Of a stretch of DNA of 64,000 nt, positions 1-26,056 are shown one piece after another. This DNA is from Balanoglossus misakiensis. Its lineage: Eukaryota; Animalia; Hemichordata. The stretch covers positions 3,154,345 to 3,218,344 of the forward strand of contig CM082579.2 in NCBI GenBank assembly GCA_040954595.2, written 5' to 3'. The notes beneath the pieces are model-generated. The model ran no database searches and was not told the origin of the DNA. It saw only the letters and a list, made by a program, of their open reading frames with translations. Position numbers and translations under genes: made by a program. The first letter of the stretch is position 1; every line of letters starts with the position of its first letter.

Positions 1-174
1 GTATATGTTGTGACATCTTCAATAAAATATTTTCTTTACAGTTTCTTAAACCTACAGTACCTGCTGGTCAGCACACTTCATTTATCCACAAAACCATAAA
101 TTTGCTGGGAAATGTACAGAAGTCAAGGTCATGGTAACTCGAGGCTGGGATTCACACCTGCTGGGAAATACCTA

Positions 175-856
<682 letters not shown>

Positions 857-2032
857 GGGAGTTGTTGTAGAGTTGCTTTCCAGAGACTGAAGAGAAAATG
901 CCGGGTCTTCTGCCCCGCCTGGACCATGATCAAAGTTGGCTTCGGAAATACCTGAATGAACATAGGGATTCTCCTTGGTCAGTTATCATAGAAACACAAC
1001 TTTTGTTTTGAGCTTAGCCACAGCCACGCCCACAGTATCAGAATGATGTTACAGTCAGGGATTTCTGTGTGACTTACTAGAGATCGCCGGTTATACACTC
1101 TCGCTAGATCAGTAGGGCTTTCTGTAGGCGAAGGCGAAGGGCCCACAAGAATATAAATCCCAACTTACGAAAACAAGTTACACGTACACCGTTATACTGC
1201 ACCGGCCACGCCCCCTTCCCGGCCCCAAGAAGTCACATTGACCCTCGTGGAAAACGGTGGACGCGCCGATCGAAAGCGACAAAACCTACCTGATCCTGTC
1301 TTGCTGAACAGGGCTGCGCAAACAGAAACATACAAAAGAGTCTTTATAGTCAACATATTGTACATTTGCGAGCGAGCACCTTAATACTCAGATCAGCTAC
1401 ACTACAGGTCAGGTTAGGTCAGGTGACACTCATGTGATAGTTACAGACTATGAACTTTTGAACTTGTTGAAGGAACCAAGACATACGTAAGCCCGATTTT
1501 GATTGGGTTGATTAGAGTAGGGCTACCCGAGGATTCCGAAATGTGAGAATAAAGCAAGGGTCAACATGCATACAAAATCTTTTACTTTGAATAGTTTACG
1601 TTTCCGTAAACATCACAGGGACTATAGAACGGGAACTACAAAGGAACTACATAAAACAACTGGAACCAAAGTTTGCATGCTGCCGCCAACGAACCAATCA
1701 GAAACGAGATTCACAAATTGCATTTGGAATATGCCATTTATCATGACGATTGAAACAATAGTTTTAACCATATTGCTGATATGATGTTTACAATATAACT
1801 AAATGATTTGACAACATAGTGCATTTTCTGAGAGAAATACAGCATTTACTTATTTTTCCCTCCGACGAATCCGTATCAATCTCCTCGAACATGTATGGTA
1901 TATTCCGCATAACTTCCGGATATACATTTCCGGTTTTGCAATCTTGATCAGCATTGTGTAGTCGTAAACAATTTTTCGGCGTTAATATAAACATTTCGCA
2001 ATCAATTAATCTCGGTCATTTACAGGACGATA

Positions 2033-5000
2033 ATGGGCAAGCCAAAGAAGGGAAAGAAGGCAAAAGCAGACGGTTTTAATTCGTAAGTAGCTAGAAAAAC
2101 ACTGATATTATGTACCATGTGGCAGAGATGGATAGCACATGGAAGTAACAGCTGACCTACCGTGACATGTACATGTACATACGTCAATGATATGTCCAAT
2201 TTCAATTAAAAGATTTGTAAACAAAGGCATTAATTTGATCGTCCGAAATTTTTAGTATTGTGACAGGTGACGTGCAGAGACTTCCATGGCGATTCACTTT
2301 AAGTCTCCAACCAGTGCTCGATTTCATGGAAAATCTTTTTGGACAGACTGTGTATCATGTGACTAAACGCACGTATTTTGTATGAATTGTAATTTGTGAA
2401 GTTCTGTCACTTCTGTCACCAATCAACACCGGCTGTTCGTTTTGTATCTGTGTGTGAAAATGTGTCAGTCTTTATTCTAAAGCATCACAAAGTAGGAGAT
2501 AGGTTTCCACGCAACTTTTCTTTGAATTGTGAATAGACAACAAGTGTCCTGTCAGTTTCATGAGAACGAATCAATCAAAGATCATTGTTCCTTGTTTAAC
2601 ACTAGTGATGAAGAAGTCGACCTTGATCCCTTATCCAATCCACCGACCAAAGACCCTGAAGGTGATGACGAGATTGCGGCTGCTAAACCAACAGGTGGTA
2701 AAAAGGGAAAACAGAAGAAGAAGAAGGATTTTGACTGGTACGTCTTGCAGTTGAATTAGCCCTGACTTTCACTTGGCTAAGTATCCAATCATTCATTCAT
2801 GAAAATGTTACATGTACTGTGAATTTCAATGGCAAACATACAACTGCAATACAGCCGTGTGATTTTTTCATTACACACAGGGATGAAGACATACTCGATG
2901 AGCTGGAGGCAATGAAAATAGAATCAGACACACCACAGACACAGACGAATAAATCCGACCAACAACCAGAGAAGACAAAAGAAGAACCCAAAATGAAGGA
3001 AGAAACTACACCCAAACAGTCAGAACCGGCCAATGATCTTGATGAACTTGAGGCATTGGCAGATGAGTTTGAAGCAGACAAGAGAGGCAAAAAGGGCAAA
3101 GTAAGTATGGTCCAACTTTCACTTCCACAATACGTACTGCTCACAGGCGCAGTGCTTCCTAGGATAACTGGGAAAATGTCTGTTATTTAAAGCTAAACTT
3201 ACCTGTGTGTCTTACAACCCCTTCACTTTGTCCCTGTACCTAATGTTAGAAAATGTGATAATGTTTGTGGTTTCAGAAAGGTGGGAAGAAAAAACAGAAA
3301 AATGATGATGCAGACGACATAGATGCCCTTGTGAATGAAATAGAGGGACCAAAAGAAGACCAAGCCAGTAAGAAAAAATCCAAGGTGGGAATTCATGTCA
3401 GCTTGAGAGCAATGTAGATTTTTTCATAACTTTTGTCATTGTCTGGTGATTTATTGTCTTTTCATTCCGATTGTAGAAAGCAAAGCGGAAAGGAAAACAA
3501 GAGGATGATCTTGATGATGTAGCAATGGAAGATAAACCAGATGCCACTGGAGAGGAACCGGAGCAGAGTGCTCCGGAAAAGAAGCCAGTAGAGGTAGGTC
3601 AGAGATTGCCATAGCTCCTGCAGGTTACATATCATAATAGTGCTTTCTTCTCTGTCATGTGCTATTGTTTAACTAGCACCCTCTTTAAATGGTTGTCTGG
3701 CAGCTTACAGTCAAAAACATTGTTTCAGGTCAAGAGAAGGGTTTAAATATTAAAATAATTACTTATCACATAAACATCATAGGAGGAAGCAAGCAAAGCA
3801 GACGTGGATGTTGCAGAAGGCGACGACGATGATGACGATGATTCCGGCCCAAAAATTAAGACAGCGGCACAGAAGAAAGCTGAGAAGAAGGAAAGAGAGA
3901 GACTGAAGAAAGAAAAACAAAAGGCAGAAGCTAGAGCCAAAAAGATGAAAGAAGAAGCCAAGGGAAAGACAGAGTCCGTTAAGAAGGAAGACGATCTTAC
4001 AGAAGATGGTAAACAAGTTCAAGGTGAGACTTTGACCGCTTGTAGTGCAGTGAAAAGTGTATTGACATATGTATCCATCCAATGCTCTTCTTACATAAAC
4101 ACTTAATGCAGTGATGAATTCAGCACTCCAGATGATTCAAGTTTTCTGATAGGATAGCTCTGCAGTTGAATGAAGAGTATTTTATGACAAATGTGACATT
4201 TTTAAATCATCACTATTTGGTCTCTTTTTGATTTCAGACAAAAAGGAAGAGAGCAAGCCAGAGAACACAGAGGTCAAAGTTGAAACAACGGCTGCAGCCA
4301 AGGCAGCTGAACCAATGGACACTTCAGCAGAACCAGGTTTGTGAAATTTCCTGAGCTGTTATCCAATGTACTTCAGAGTAGTGAAGACAACAGCTCTTTC
4401 AAATTGAAATCATTAATTGTATAAACAAAACTACTATTTGTGACAGCACTGCAGAATACCAACAACAAGAATAGCATGGGTTCACTCAATCTGAAAAATT
4501 GCTTTCATTGTGTTCTGTACACACACTGCAGTATCTGTCACTGAGCAGTCTGTTCCTACCACAGACACACTGCCAATCATAGGAGGACACAAAATCTAAC
4601 AGCAGTTGTATCTCTGAAACCAAAAACTCAATTATAGGTGCCAAAGCTGAAGGCGAGGAGAAAGGTGGCGATGATGATGACGAAGTGAAAGATGCCAAGA
4701 AGAAGAAGAAAGATAAAAAGAAGAAGGGAAAGAAAGACAAGGAAGAAGAAGAGAAAACTAAAAAGAAACCTGGCAAAGGTTGGTTCATGTTGTTATCTCT
4801 GTAAATGATGGTATGATTTTGGTTGAGAACATTCAAAATTTTCCACTTTATAGTTTCGGAAAGTCATGGAAAATAACACTGACGTTCTGAAATTTTAAGT
4901 GATCTGAACTCGCTTTTCTTCTCCCACATCAGCCCAAGTGAAAGCGATGCAAGAAGCTCTGAAGAAGATGAAAGAGGAAGAAGAGCGGCGGAAAGCGGAA

Positions 5001-8000
5001 GAGGAAGCCAAGATCAAAGCCGCTGAAGAAGCAGAGAGGCAGAGATTAGAACAACTACGACTTGAGAAAGAAAAGAAAGAAAGAGACAAACAGAAGAAAA
5101 AGGTACTTGGCTGTTGCCAAGCTGTCTTTATGTAATTTGTTTTTGTTCATGGTCCAGTTTACCTTGATGCTTAAGGGTTAATGCTGAAGCAATTCAATAC
5201 TGAAACTCCTAAACTTCATGGGTTTCTTTTGACAGGAGAGAATAGCCAGACTGAAAGCAGAAGGGAAGTACTTAACAGACAAACAGAAGAAAGAGAAGGC
5301 CCGAGCGGAGGCCTTCCTCGCTGCAATGAGAGATCAGGGTCTGATAATTCCAAGCAAAGAAGACGGTGCTGAACCTGTGAAGCGACCACCGAAACCTGGA
5401 AGCAGGCGACGAACTAAACGACAAGGGGAAAGTGCAACGAAGGAAGGTAGGATACCTGTAGCTGAAGTTTGCAAGAATGTGGACACATTTTGCTTGAGCT
5501 GGCAGAACTGAAACGGTTAAAGCAACATGCAGATAATGTTTCCAAAAAGGGGGAAGCTGTGAGTGGAGATTTTCTGGTAAAAAATATGTTCAGATCTTGT
5601 GGTCTTTTATTTACTCCATGATGTTTTTGGTAGTCAGGCTCTTTTCTATGTTTCTGTGGGAGTGTTTTTTTTTCTTGAGAATCTGCACTTTGAGGGTGTC
5701 AGTTTGGGCTGTGACTGGTTTGTAATGGGTAATGGACCTCTTCATTTTTTTTCGTTTACAGATGAAGAATCTGCTGAAACACAAGAAGAGGCCACTGCAG
5801 GTATGGCATATTTCACGGTTGCAATTGCAGTATCATATTTTGTCTGTAGAATGTAAATATGTGAATTGAACCCCTTGTGGGTACTGACCAAGTCATAATC
5901 TGTGTAACATAGATGTGAGTAGCAGTTTTGATAGTTATCAAAGCAGTTGGAGATTCTGACTTGGGATCCATCCCAACATGTCAATCATTTGACAGAAGGG
6001 GAGACTGTTGAGGAAAAAGCTGATGCTGAGGAGGATGCAGAGACTAAAGAGGAGGAAGAGGAAGAAGAAGAAGAAGAGGAGGAGGTCAAAGATGCGTGGG
6101 ATGCAAGTGATGATGAAGAGGAGGAGGAGACAGTGAAACCGAAAGCCAAAGTTGCTGTCAAAGCCGCGGACGCAAAAGGTGATGAAGAAGACGAGGGAGA
6201 GAGTGAGGACGAGGATGAGAGTGATAGCGAGGAAGAGGAGGAGGATAGCGAAGATGAAGAGTCTGAATCAGAGGAGGAATCTGATGAAGATGAGAAGGCC
6301 AACTTAAAGATAAAAGAATCTCCAGAAGACAGGATAAGGGTGAGGACTTCTTGACAGTATTACAGTATCAATATATATGTCAGGATACTCATAACTGATG
6401 AAATCAAAACCACTATGTGTATATTTTTTGACAGAGACGACGTATAGAGGCAGAGAAGAATAAAACCACTGATGACTTGAGATCACCAGTTGTGTGTGTA
6501 CTCGGTCATGTAGATACCGGCAAGACCAAAATCCTGGATAAGGTAAGCAATGGTGTTTGTCAGCACCAAAAACAAAGGCACCTTTCACATTTTTGGCAAT
6601 TCAAGAGAGAGAAAAAAAAAACAAGTTAATGTGTCTCTTCTAATCTCGATCAGATACGTCGCACGCACGTACAAGACGGTGAGGCAGGTGGTATAACGCA
6701 GCAGATTGGTGCGACGAACATCCCAGTCGAGGCGATTCAAGAACAGACCAAGATGTGTCGACAGGTGAGTCACGTGACCGTTGAAGTTGGTCTATAGATG
6801 TCAGTGAAAACACCAGTTAAGTACCTCAGACTGGGGGGTTAGAGGGTTAAACCAACAGTATGAACTGCCTGTTAACAATTTTTGTTTGCCCTTTTCAGTT
6901 TGCCAAGAATGAAATAAAGGTGCCAGCCCTGCTTGTAATTGACACACCTGGGCACGAGTCCTTCAGTAATCTGCGTTCCAGGGGGTCATCGCTGTGTGAC
7001 ATCGCCATTCTTGTGGTGGACATCATGCACGGCCTGGAACCACAAACCATTGAATCTATCAACCTCCTGAAGAAAAGGAAAACACCGTTTGTTGTGGCCC
7101 TGAATAAAGTAAGTGTTGGTTTATCAAGTGTATTTTGATTTAGGTTACTTTTAAAATGTAATGGCAGCCAACAAGCCATTTTCATGTCCCCCAGCATGGC
7201 TAAGTTTTAACTTTAACTTTTCTCATCTCGTTCGTTAATCAAACAGATTGACCGTCTCTTCGAATGGAAGAGCAGTCCACACACTGACGTCGTCAACGTC
7301 ATTAAGAAGCAAAAAACCAACACCAAGATTGAATTTGAGGAGAGGGTCACCCAAGTCATCACAGAATTTGCCGAACAGGTGCGTCAGTGGAGTCTTTGAT
7401 GATGTCACAACACGAGTTGTGAGGAGCTGTCTAGAATATATATCCATATTCGCCATTTTCCAAGGTTCTTCTGAAACCACTGATTCAATGATCTCATGGA
7501 TTGGAAAACTTGTGCTTTTAAACGCACACCCACTGTCTAAAAATTCTACATGATTTCTTATATATTTTAAATCTGATTTCAGGGTTTGAATGCAGCACTG
7601 TTCTACGAGAACAAAGACCCGCGCACGTACATATCATTGATTCCGACATCCGCGCATTCAGGAGACGGCATGGGAAACCTGATATCGTTAATCACGGAGT
7701 TCAGCCAGACTATGCTTGCCAAGAAGTTGGCATACTCTGAAGAACTGCAGTGTACGGTTTTAGAGGTGGGTGAATGATGGGGAGGTGTGCAAAATGGAGT
7801 ATTAGCATAATCATATTCAGTTATTCAAATGAGATTTGAACTTAAAACTCTCCAGGATATGATTGTGATAAGAGATATGCTTTCTGATTTCAGGTGAAGA
7901 GTCTGCCTGGTTTGGGTACAACAATTGACGTTGTACTAGTCAACGGCACACTACGAGAAGGGGACACGATCATAGTGGCGGGACAGGAAGGCCCCATTGT

Positions 8001-9799
8001 TACACAGATCAGGGGTCTGCTTATGCCAGAAGCGCTGCGAGAACTCCGAGTGAAGGCAAGTTGTATATTCACATTATAGGCACAGTATTTCACTGTGTAC
8101 ACCCAGCAACTCCCCCCCCCCCAAAAAAAAAAAAAAAAAAATACAGATATTGGCATCTTCACAGTATGTTGACTTCGCCGTGTTTCCTTCCACAGAATCC
8201 TTATAATCACTTCAAGAAACTCAAAGCGGCACAGGGTGTGAAGATATTGGCCAAAGAGTTGGACAAAGCTGTGGCTGGTACTCAATTGTTAGTGGCTGAA
8301 CAGCCCGATGAGGTGGAGTTCTTCAAGGTCAGTCCATTCAGGAGTTTTACTGGAACAAGACAGTAAATATTAAATTGGTTTTATTTCTCGAAACTACCAT
8401 TTTAAGTCTGATAAAAACATGTTAATTGCTCTAATTTTTAGGGCGAAGTAGAAGCTGCTCTTGAAGACACGTTGAAATCCTTCAGACTTGCCGACAGGGG
8501 TGTGTTTGTCCAGGCATCAACTCTGGGTTCACTTGAAGCCCTGCTAGAATTCCTTAGAACATCAAAAATTCCTGTAAGTAAAATTTTATATGTACTTGAT
8601 CAGATATGCATGAATAAACTACTTTGCATTCTACCAGTTGTTTTCAATTTAATCAAATTGTGTCGCCAGCTCCGTAATATGGTTCTTCTTGGATTTGTGT
8701 CTACAGTATGCTGGTATAAATATAGGACCAGTACACAGAAGAGATATTATGAAAACTATGGTGATGTTGGAACACGATAACCAGTAAGTCTCTTTCATTT
8801 TAATACACTCATAGCTTGAAGAGTGTATTTCACCATGAATTATACAAACAGAATTTTTGTTCCTGTTTCAGATACGCCGTCATTTTAGCATTTGACGTGA
8901 AAGTGGAGAGAGAGGCGCAAGAGTTGGCCGACAAAGAAGGAATCAAGATCTTCCAAGCTGACATCATTTACCATTTATTCGACAAATTCATGCAATATAG
9001 GGAAGAGCTGAAACAGAAGAAGCGAGACGAGTTCAAACACATAGCAGTATTCCCCTGTAAAATAAGGGTCTTACCTCAGTTCATTTTCAACAGCCGAGAC
9101 CCGATTGTGGTGGGCGTCTCTGTTGAAGCCGGAATCGTGAAACATGGAACACCTATATGCGTGCCAAGCAAAGAAGTGAGTCTTGTCCATTAGACACGTT
9201 TGTCTTGTGCCATAACTCGTTGCAAATTGGATCACAGCTAGAGGCATTCCTAAGACGATTTACTCATGTTGTCCTAGTTGGCTTGATTATGAAGCAAATG
9301 AAGATCTTCTTTTTTACTTTTTTTGCAGTTTCTTGACATAGGGATTGTAACAAGTGTCGAGATAAACCATAAACAAATCGAAAGTGCCAGGAAAGGGCAG
9401 GAAGTGTGTATAAAGATAGAACCCATTCCAGGTGATGCTCCCAAGATGTACGGCAGACATTTTGACAACACAGATTTCCTTGTCAGTAAGGTAGGTCTAG
9501 GATCAGTAAAATCACATTATGAAACAAGAAACAATCACTCTTATAACAGGGTACATGTCTGCTGGGAATATTTGAAAATGTCTAAAGTTGTCCGCATGTC
9601 AACAGCCAAACTGATTGCTGGAATTCACACTAGCTATGGCAGTGGGCAACATGAAATTGGAATCTAACCTCAGCTGTTCTGTGACTTGCAGGTGACCAGG
9701 CAATCAATCGATGCAGTGAAAAACTGGTTCCGTGAAGATCTACAGAAATCGGACTGGCAACTAATGATTGAACTCAAGAAAATCTTCGAGATCATCTGA
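2033..9799 (+). CDS. EIF5B: Eukaryotic translation initiation factor 5B (multi-exon)
   Basis: Long K/E/D-rich N-terminus, then GTPase motifs [18 protein letters not shown] and NK|[20 protein letters not shown], and C-terminal [21 protein letters not shown] at 9971. Confidence 0.97.
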
Positions 9800-11050
9800 G
9801 AAGTTCCCTGGTGCTTTGAAACTGAATCAACAAAGACTTTGGAAGTTGGATTTTTTTTCGATACAAATCATGAACATGAGAAATTACTGAAATCATCCGG
9901 AAGTGTTACCTGCCTCTGCTGTAGTGATTTCCAGGCAATATAGGATTGGAACACGAGTACTTCCTGGATGAATAAAACAACCTGGGAATATCCTCCAACT
10001 TCCATCTATATATTTTCCCCAGCTTCGCTTACATGTCTAGATAGACAGTTTGTGAAATTTTGGTAGGATTCCGACAATGAGTTTATTTTTGATGTAGAAT
10101 GTCTGATCTAATTTCCAATCAGAATCAGTTTCTTAATGGCATCGAACAAAGCCCAGGCTAAAGGCTGTGTATACATCTGCTGAATGGCAGATGCTAAACT
10201 ACGGTATATCCGGTATACTTCCCTGGTCCCATTTCTTGAGGGAAACTTTAATCAGATTGTGTGATGTACAAAGCTTGGAGATTACCAGATCCGGCCACAA
10301 ACTTAACACTGATGTTTCCTCACAATGTTCAGCACTATCAAGAAGTACTTGCAGGTGAAATAGACATATTCAGTCTTGTTGCCCTGGCTACCCTCTGCTT
10401 CTAAATGTCAGTGTGCAAACAGGTCCACACAAATAATATGTTTCAGAGGTTGGCATGGGTGATCAAACAAGTTGTTTTATCATATTCACACACACACACC
10501 ACGAGACCTAGTACCTTTCATGAAACACCAGGGTGACTTTCAGTTTGCTTCTCATAGACAAATTAAAGAATGTTCATACCCAGTAGCGCTGTTATGTTGA
10601 GAAATCAGACTAAGAGCCAATCAAAAATTTATTTTCACCATTGCGCCACAAACTTTTGTTAGCTCATGAGAAACAAGGGTAAAAGCCACCCTGAGAACAA
10701 AATCAATTTCCACACATCAAAATCCAGTCATATTATATGTTTATTTTTTTCTTGTACAATATCACTTATTTCACTCTCCTGGTCTTGTATGGTACTTCTG
10801 TGAGCAGAGCAGATGTATGTCCTGAAAATGAAGAATAGAAATTTTGTTATCTGAGCATGCATACACTATACATTGTTTTCAGTTGTGCAGTAACATTTTT
10901 CTCCTCACTAAAGCATGCTAAACATCTGTACTGGCTGAAGTCTTTCACAGTGACTTTCCAAAAACCACAAACTAATTTGAGTCAAGTTGACCACCCAGTC
11001 AGCTCTCTCCAACCGATTATCCATCTCTGACTTACCACATGTACAATTCT

Positions 11051-12607
<1,557 letters not shown>

Positions 12608-12614
<7 letters not shown>

Positions 12615-12641
12615 CTTGACTGGCTTGGGAAAGAGAAAGAT
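12608..12641 (-). promoter_or_regulatory. 5' TOP/TCT polypyrimidine initiator of RPS3 plus YY1-like AAGATGGCGG overlapping the start codon
   Basis: Minus strand reads TCTTTCTCTTTCCCAAGCCAGTCAAGATGGCGG, typical of ribosomal protein gene 5' ends. Confidence 0.7.
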
Positions 12642-13390
12642 TCCCGGATGTACATTGGTGTTTTCCCATTTCCGCCAATGGTGGCGCACGTTGAAACGTT
12701 TACATTCATGGCCATGGCGGATAGAAATACATTATATGTGCAAGTCACTCCCTACAGTTTTGACATCGTGTAGTGTGATTCTTCTGTAGCAAATTATCAA
12801 CTAAAGTTTTTCTTGTATTGTTTTATAAACAAGTGCTATGAAATAAATGAAATATCATCCTGGTCAAATATTTCAGGGAAGAAAATATGATTAAGTGTTC
12901 CAGATGTAAAATTGATTGACGTTGAAAACATTTTCCGTAAAATCCGAAGCTTGAATAGTTTTGTTAAAGTACTTTTGGTGCTCGCGGGAATGCTTGAAAT
13001 ATGTGGGTGCATGCGTTAATAATTCGTGAAACTCGAAGTGTAGAAAGTTCGCCGCTGATTGGTTCATACACGGATTTCATTGGGAGTATGGTTCATGTCA
13101 CCCACCTGGACCAATCGTTGTCATCCGGGCGTTATCAGATTGGGTAACCACGCAGCACAGAAGCCAGTATTCGATGCAAGGATTTGTTCAAATCCGCGAG
13201 TCTGCCTTCTCTGTTTGTCTGTGGTCCACCCAGGTCTTAATCTGCTGTGTGTATATGTTGTTTGGGGGCGTTGACGGAATCCGCTGGCGTCTGTCACATG
13301 TAATGGTGCGGATAAACCTCCACTAGCTTATTCAAGTTTAATGAACTGACCCTTTTCACCCAACTCCCTTTATCCTTGTCTTTCTCCTCT

Positions 13391-13526
<136 letters not shown>

Positions 13527-13736
13527 TTTTCAATTTTCTAAAAGCATTAGCCCTCCCCTTGTGAATTCTGTCCAGGCCGTAAGTGCACACGTTGCTCAAA
13601 CCAATCCCTGATTGATACGATCGCCTGGTTCCATTTAAACAAGAACTAACGATGAAAAGACGAACACGCAAGAAGTTGATTTTCGTGTGTTTTTTATTTT
13701 AATGTCTTATTATTTTCAAGTACAATCGCAAAAATG

Positions 13737-21710
<7,974 letters not shown>

Positions 21711-22144
21711 CTGAAATCAACATCTGAAGACTTGCTATTTATATTTAATAGGCCTAAGAGTTGCATGGGAACTTTCTGATAAAAAACGCATGATGGATAA
21801 AGTTAATCTGAGATTTGTGGAAGATAAAATTGGCCATTTCGTCACATCACACTCTGGACAGTATTTCTTTACGTGTAACTTATTATGTAGTTGCCATCAA
21901 ACAGGTTGTGCCATTGACATGAACAATTTCCAGTAGGATAAATACAAAATCGATCTAAAATACTGGTAAATGAAAGCATATTGGGCCAACACACACATCG
22001 GCGACACGTAGACAAATTAAAGATATGCCTGAACACTTAGTATTGATAAAGTCACACACAGCCTAGTAAATGGCGAACATTACCACTTTTCAAATATAAA
22101 GTTAGAGTGTTTGGCTATATCTATTACACAACCATAATGATGCA

Positions 22145-22249
<105 letters not shown>

Positions 22250-22322
22250 AACAATTCGTGATAACATAGAGGGCCTTTCTTTATTTTCTCAGGTATGCTA
22301 GGGAAGTGCCATGTCATTTAAA

Positions 22323-25575
<3,253 letters not shown>

Positions 25576-26056
25576 ATACAACTCAATCCATATCGTTACT
25601 TTCCAAAAAAAACTAGTCATTCTTCACCATTTTTGTACCTCATTCGTTGATGTATAATTTCTTTTGTATTTGACATTTTATCCTAAATATTGTACAATTT
25701 AATAAATGTTTTGCTTTTGGAAGCTAAGCTCATGAGTTATTGACGACAATTTTGGATATTGAGTTTGAACTTTATTCAAGCATTATTGGAACGTCCAATT
25801 TCAACATTGTTTGAAGTTTTGTCAGGGTGATGAAACACATAATTCATTTATTCTCATACGATCGTTTATTTGAGTATTTGATTCTTCAGATTATACCCCT
25901 AGTACAGTTATATTTGAAGAGTTACAACTACTGAAACCTGAGTTGTTCCGGTCCAGTACGAATTAATACGAAACCACTAAGCTTATTGCTAGATGATGTT
26001 GAGGATCACCAGATTTGTCATTGTTTCCCATTTGAGAAAAAAAGTTATCGTCCATT

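Noticed and set aside
2010-2035. Splice-acceptor-like AG just upstream of several start codons (eIF5B, glucosidase, small-ORF unit) as evidence of spliced-leader trans-splicing
   Set aside because: Plausible upstream cis donors exist (for example near 1487), so ordinary 5'-UTR introns explain it; it cannot be distinguished without transcripts.
13179-13200. GTTCAAATCC resembling a tRNA T-loop / Pol III B box
   Set aside because: No cloverleaf, acceptor stem or A box could be built around it.
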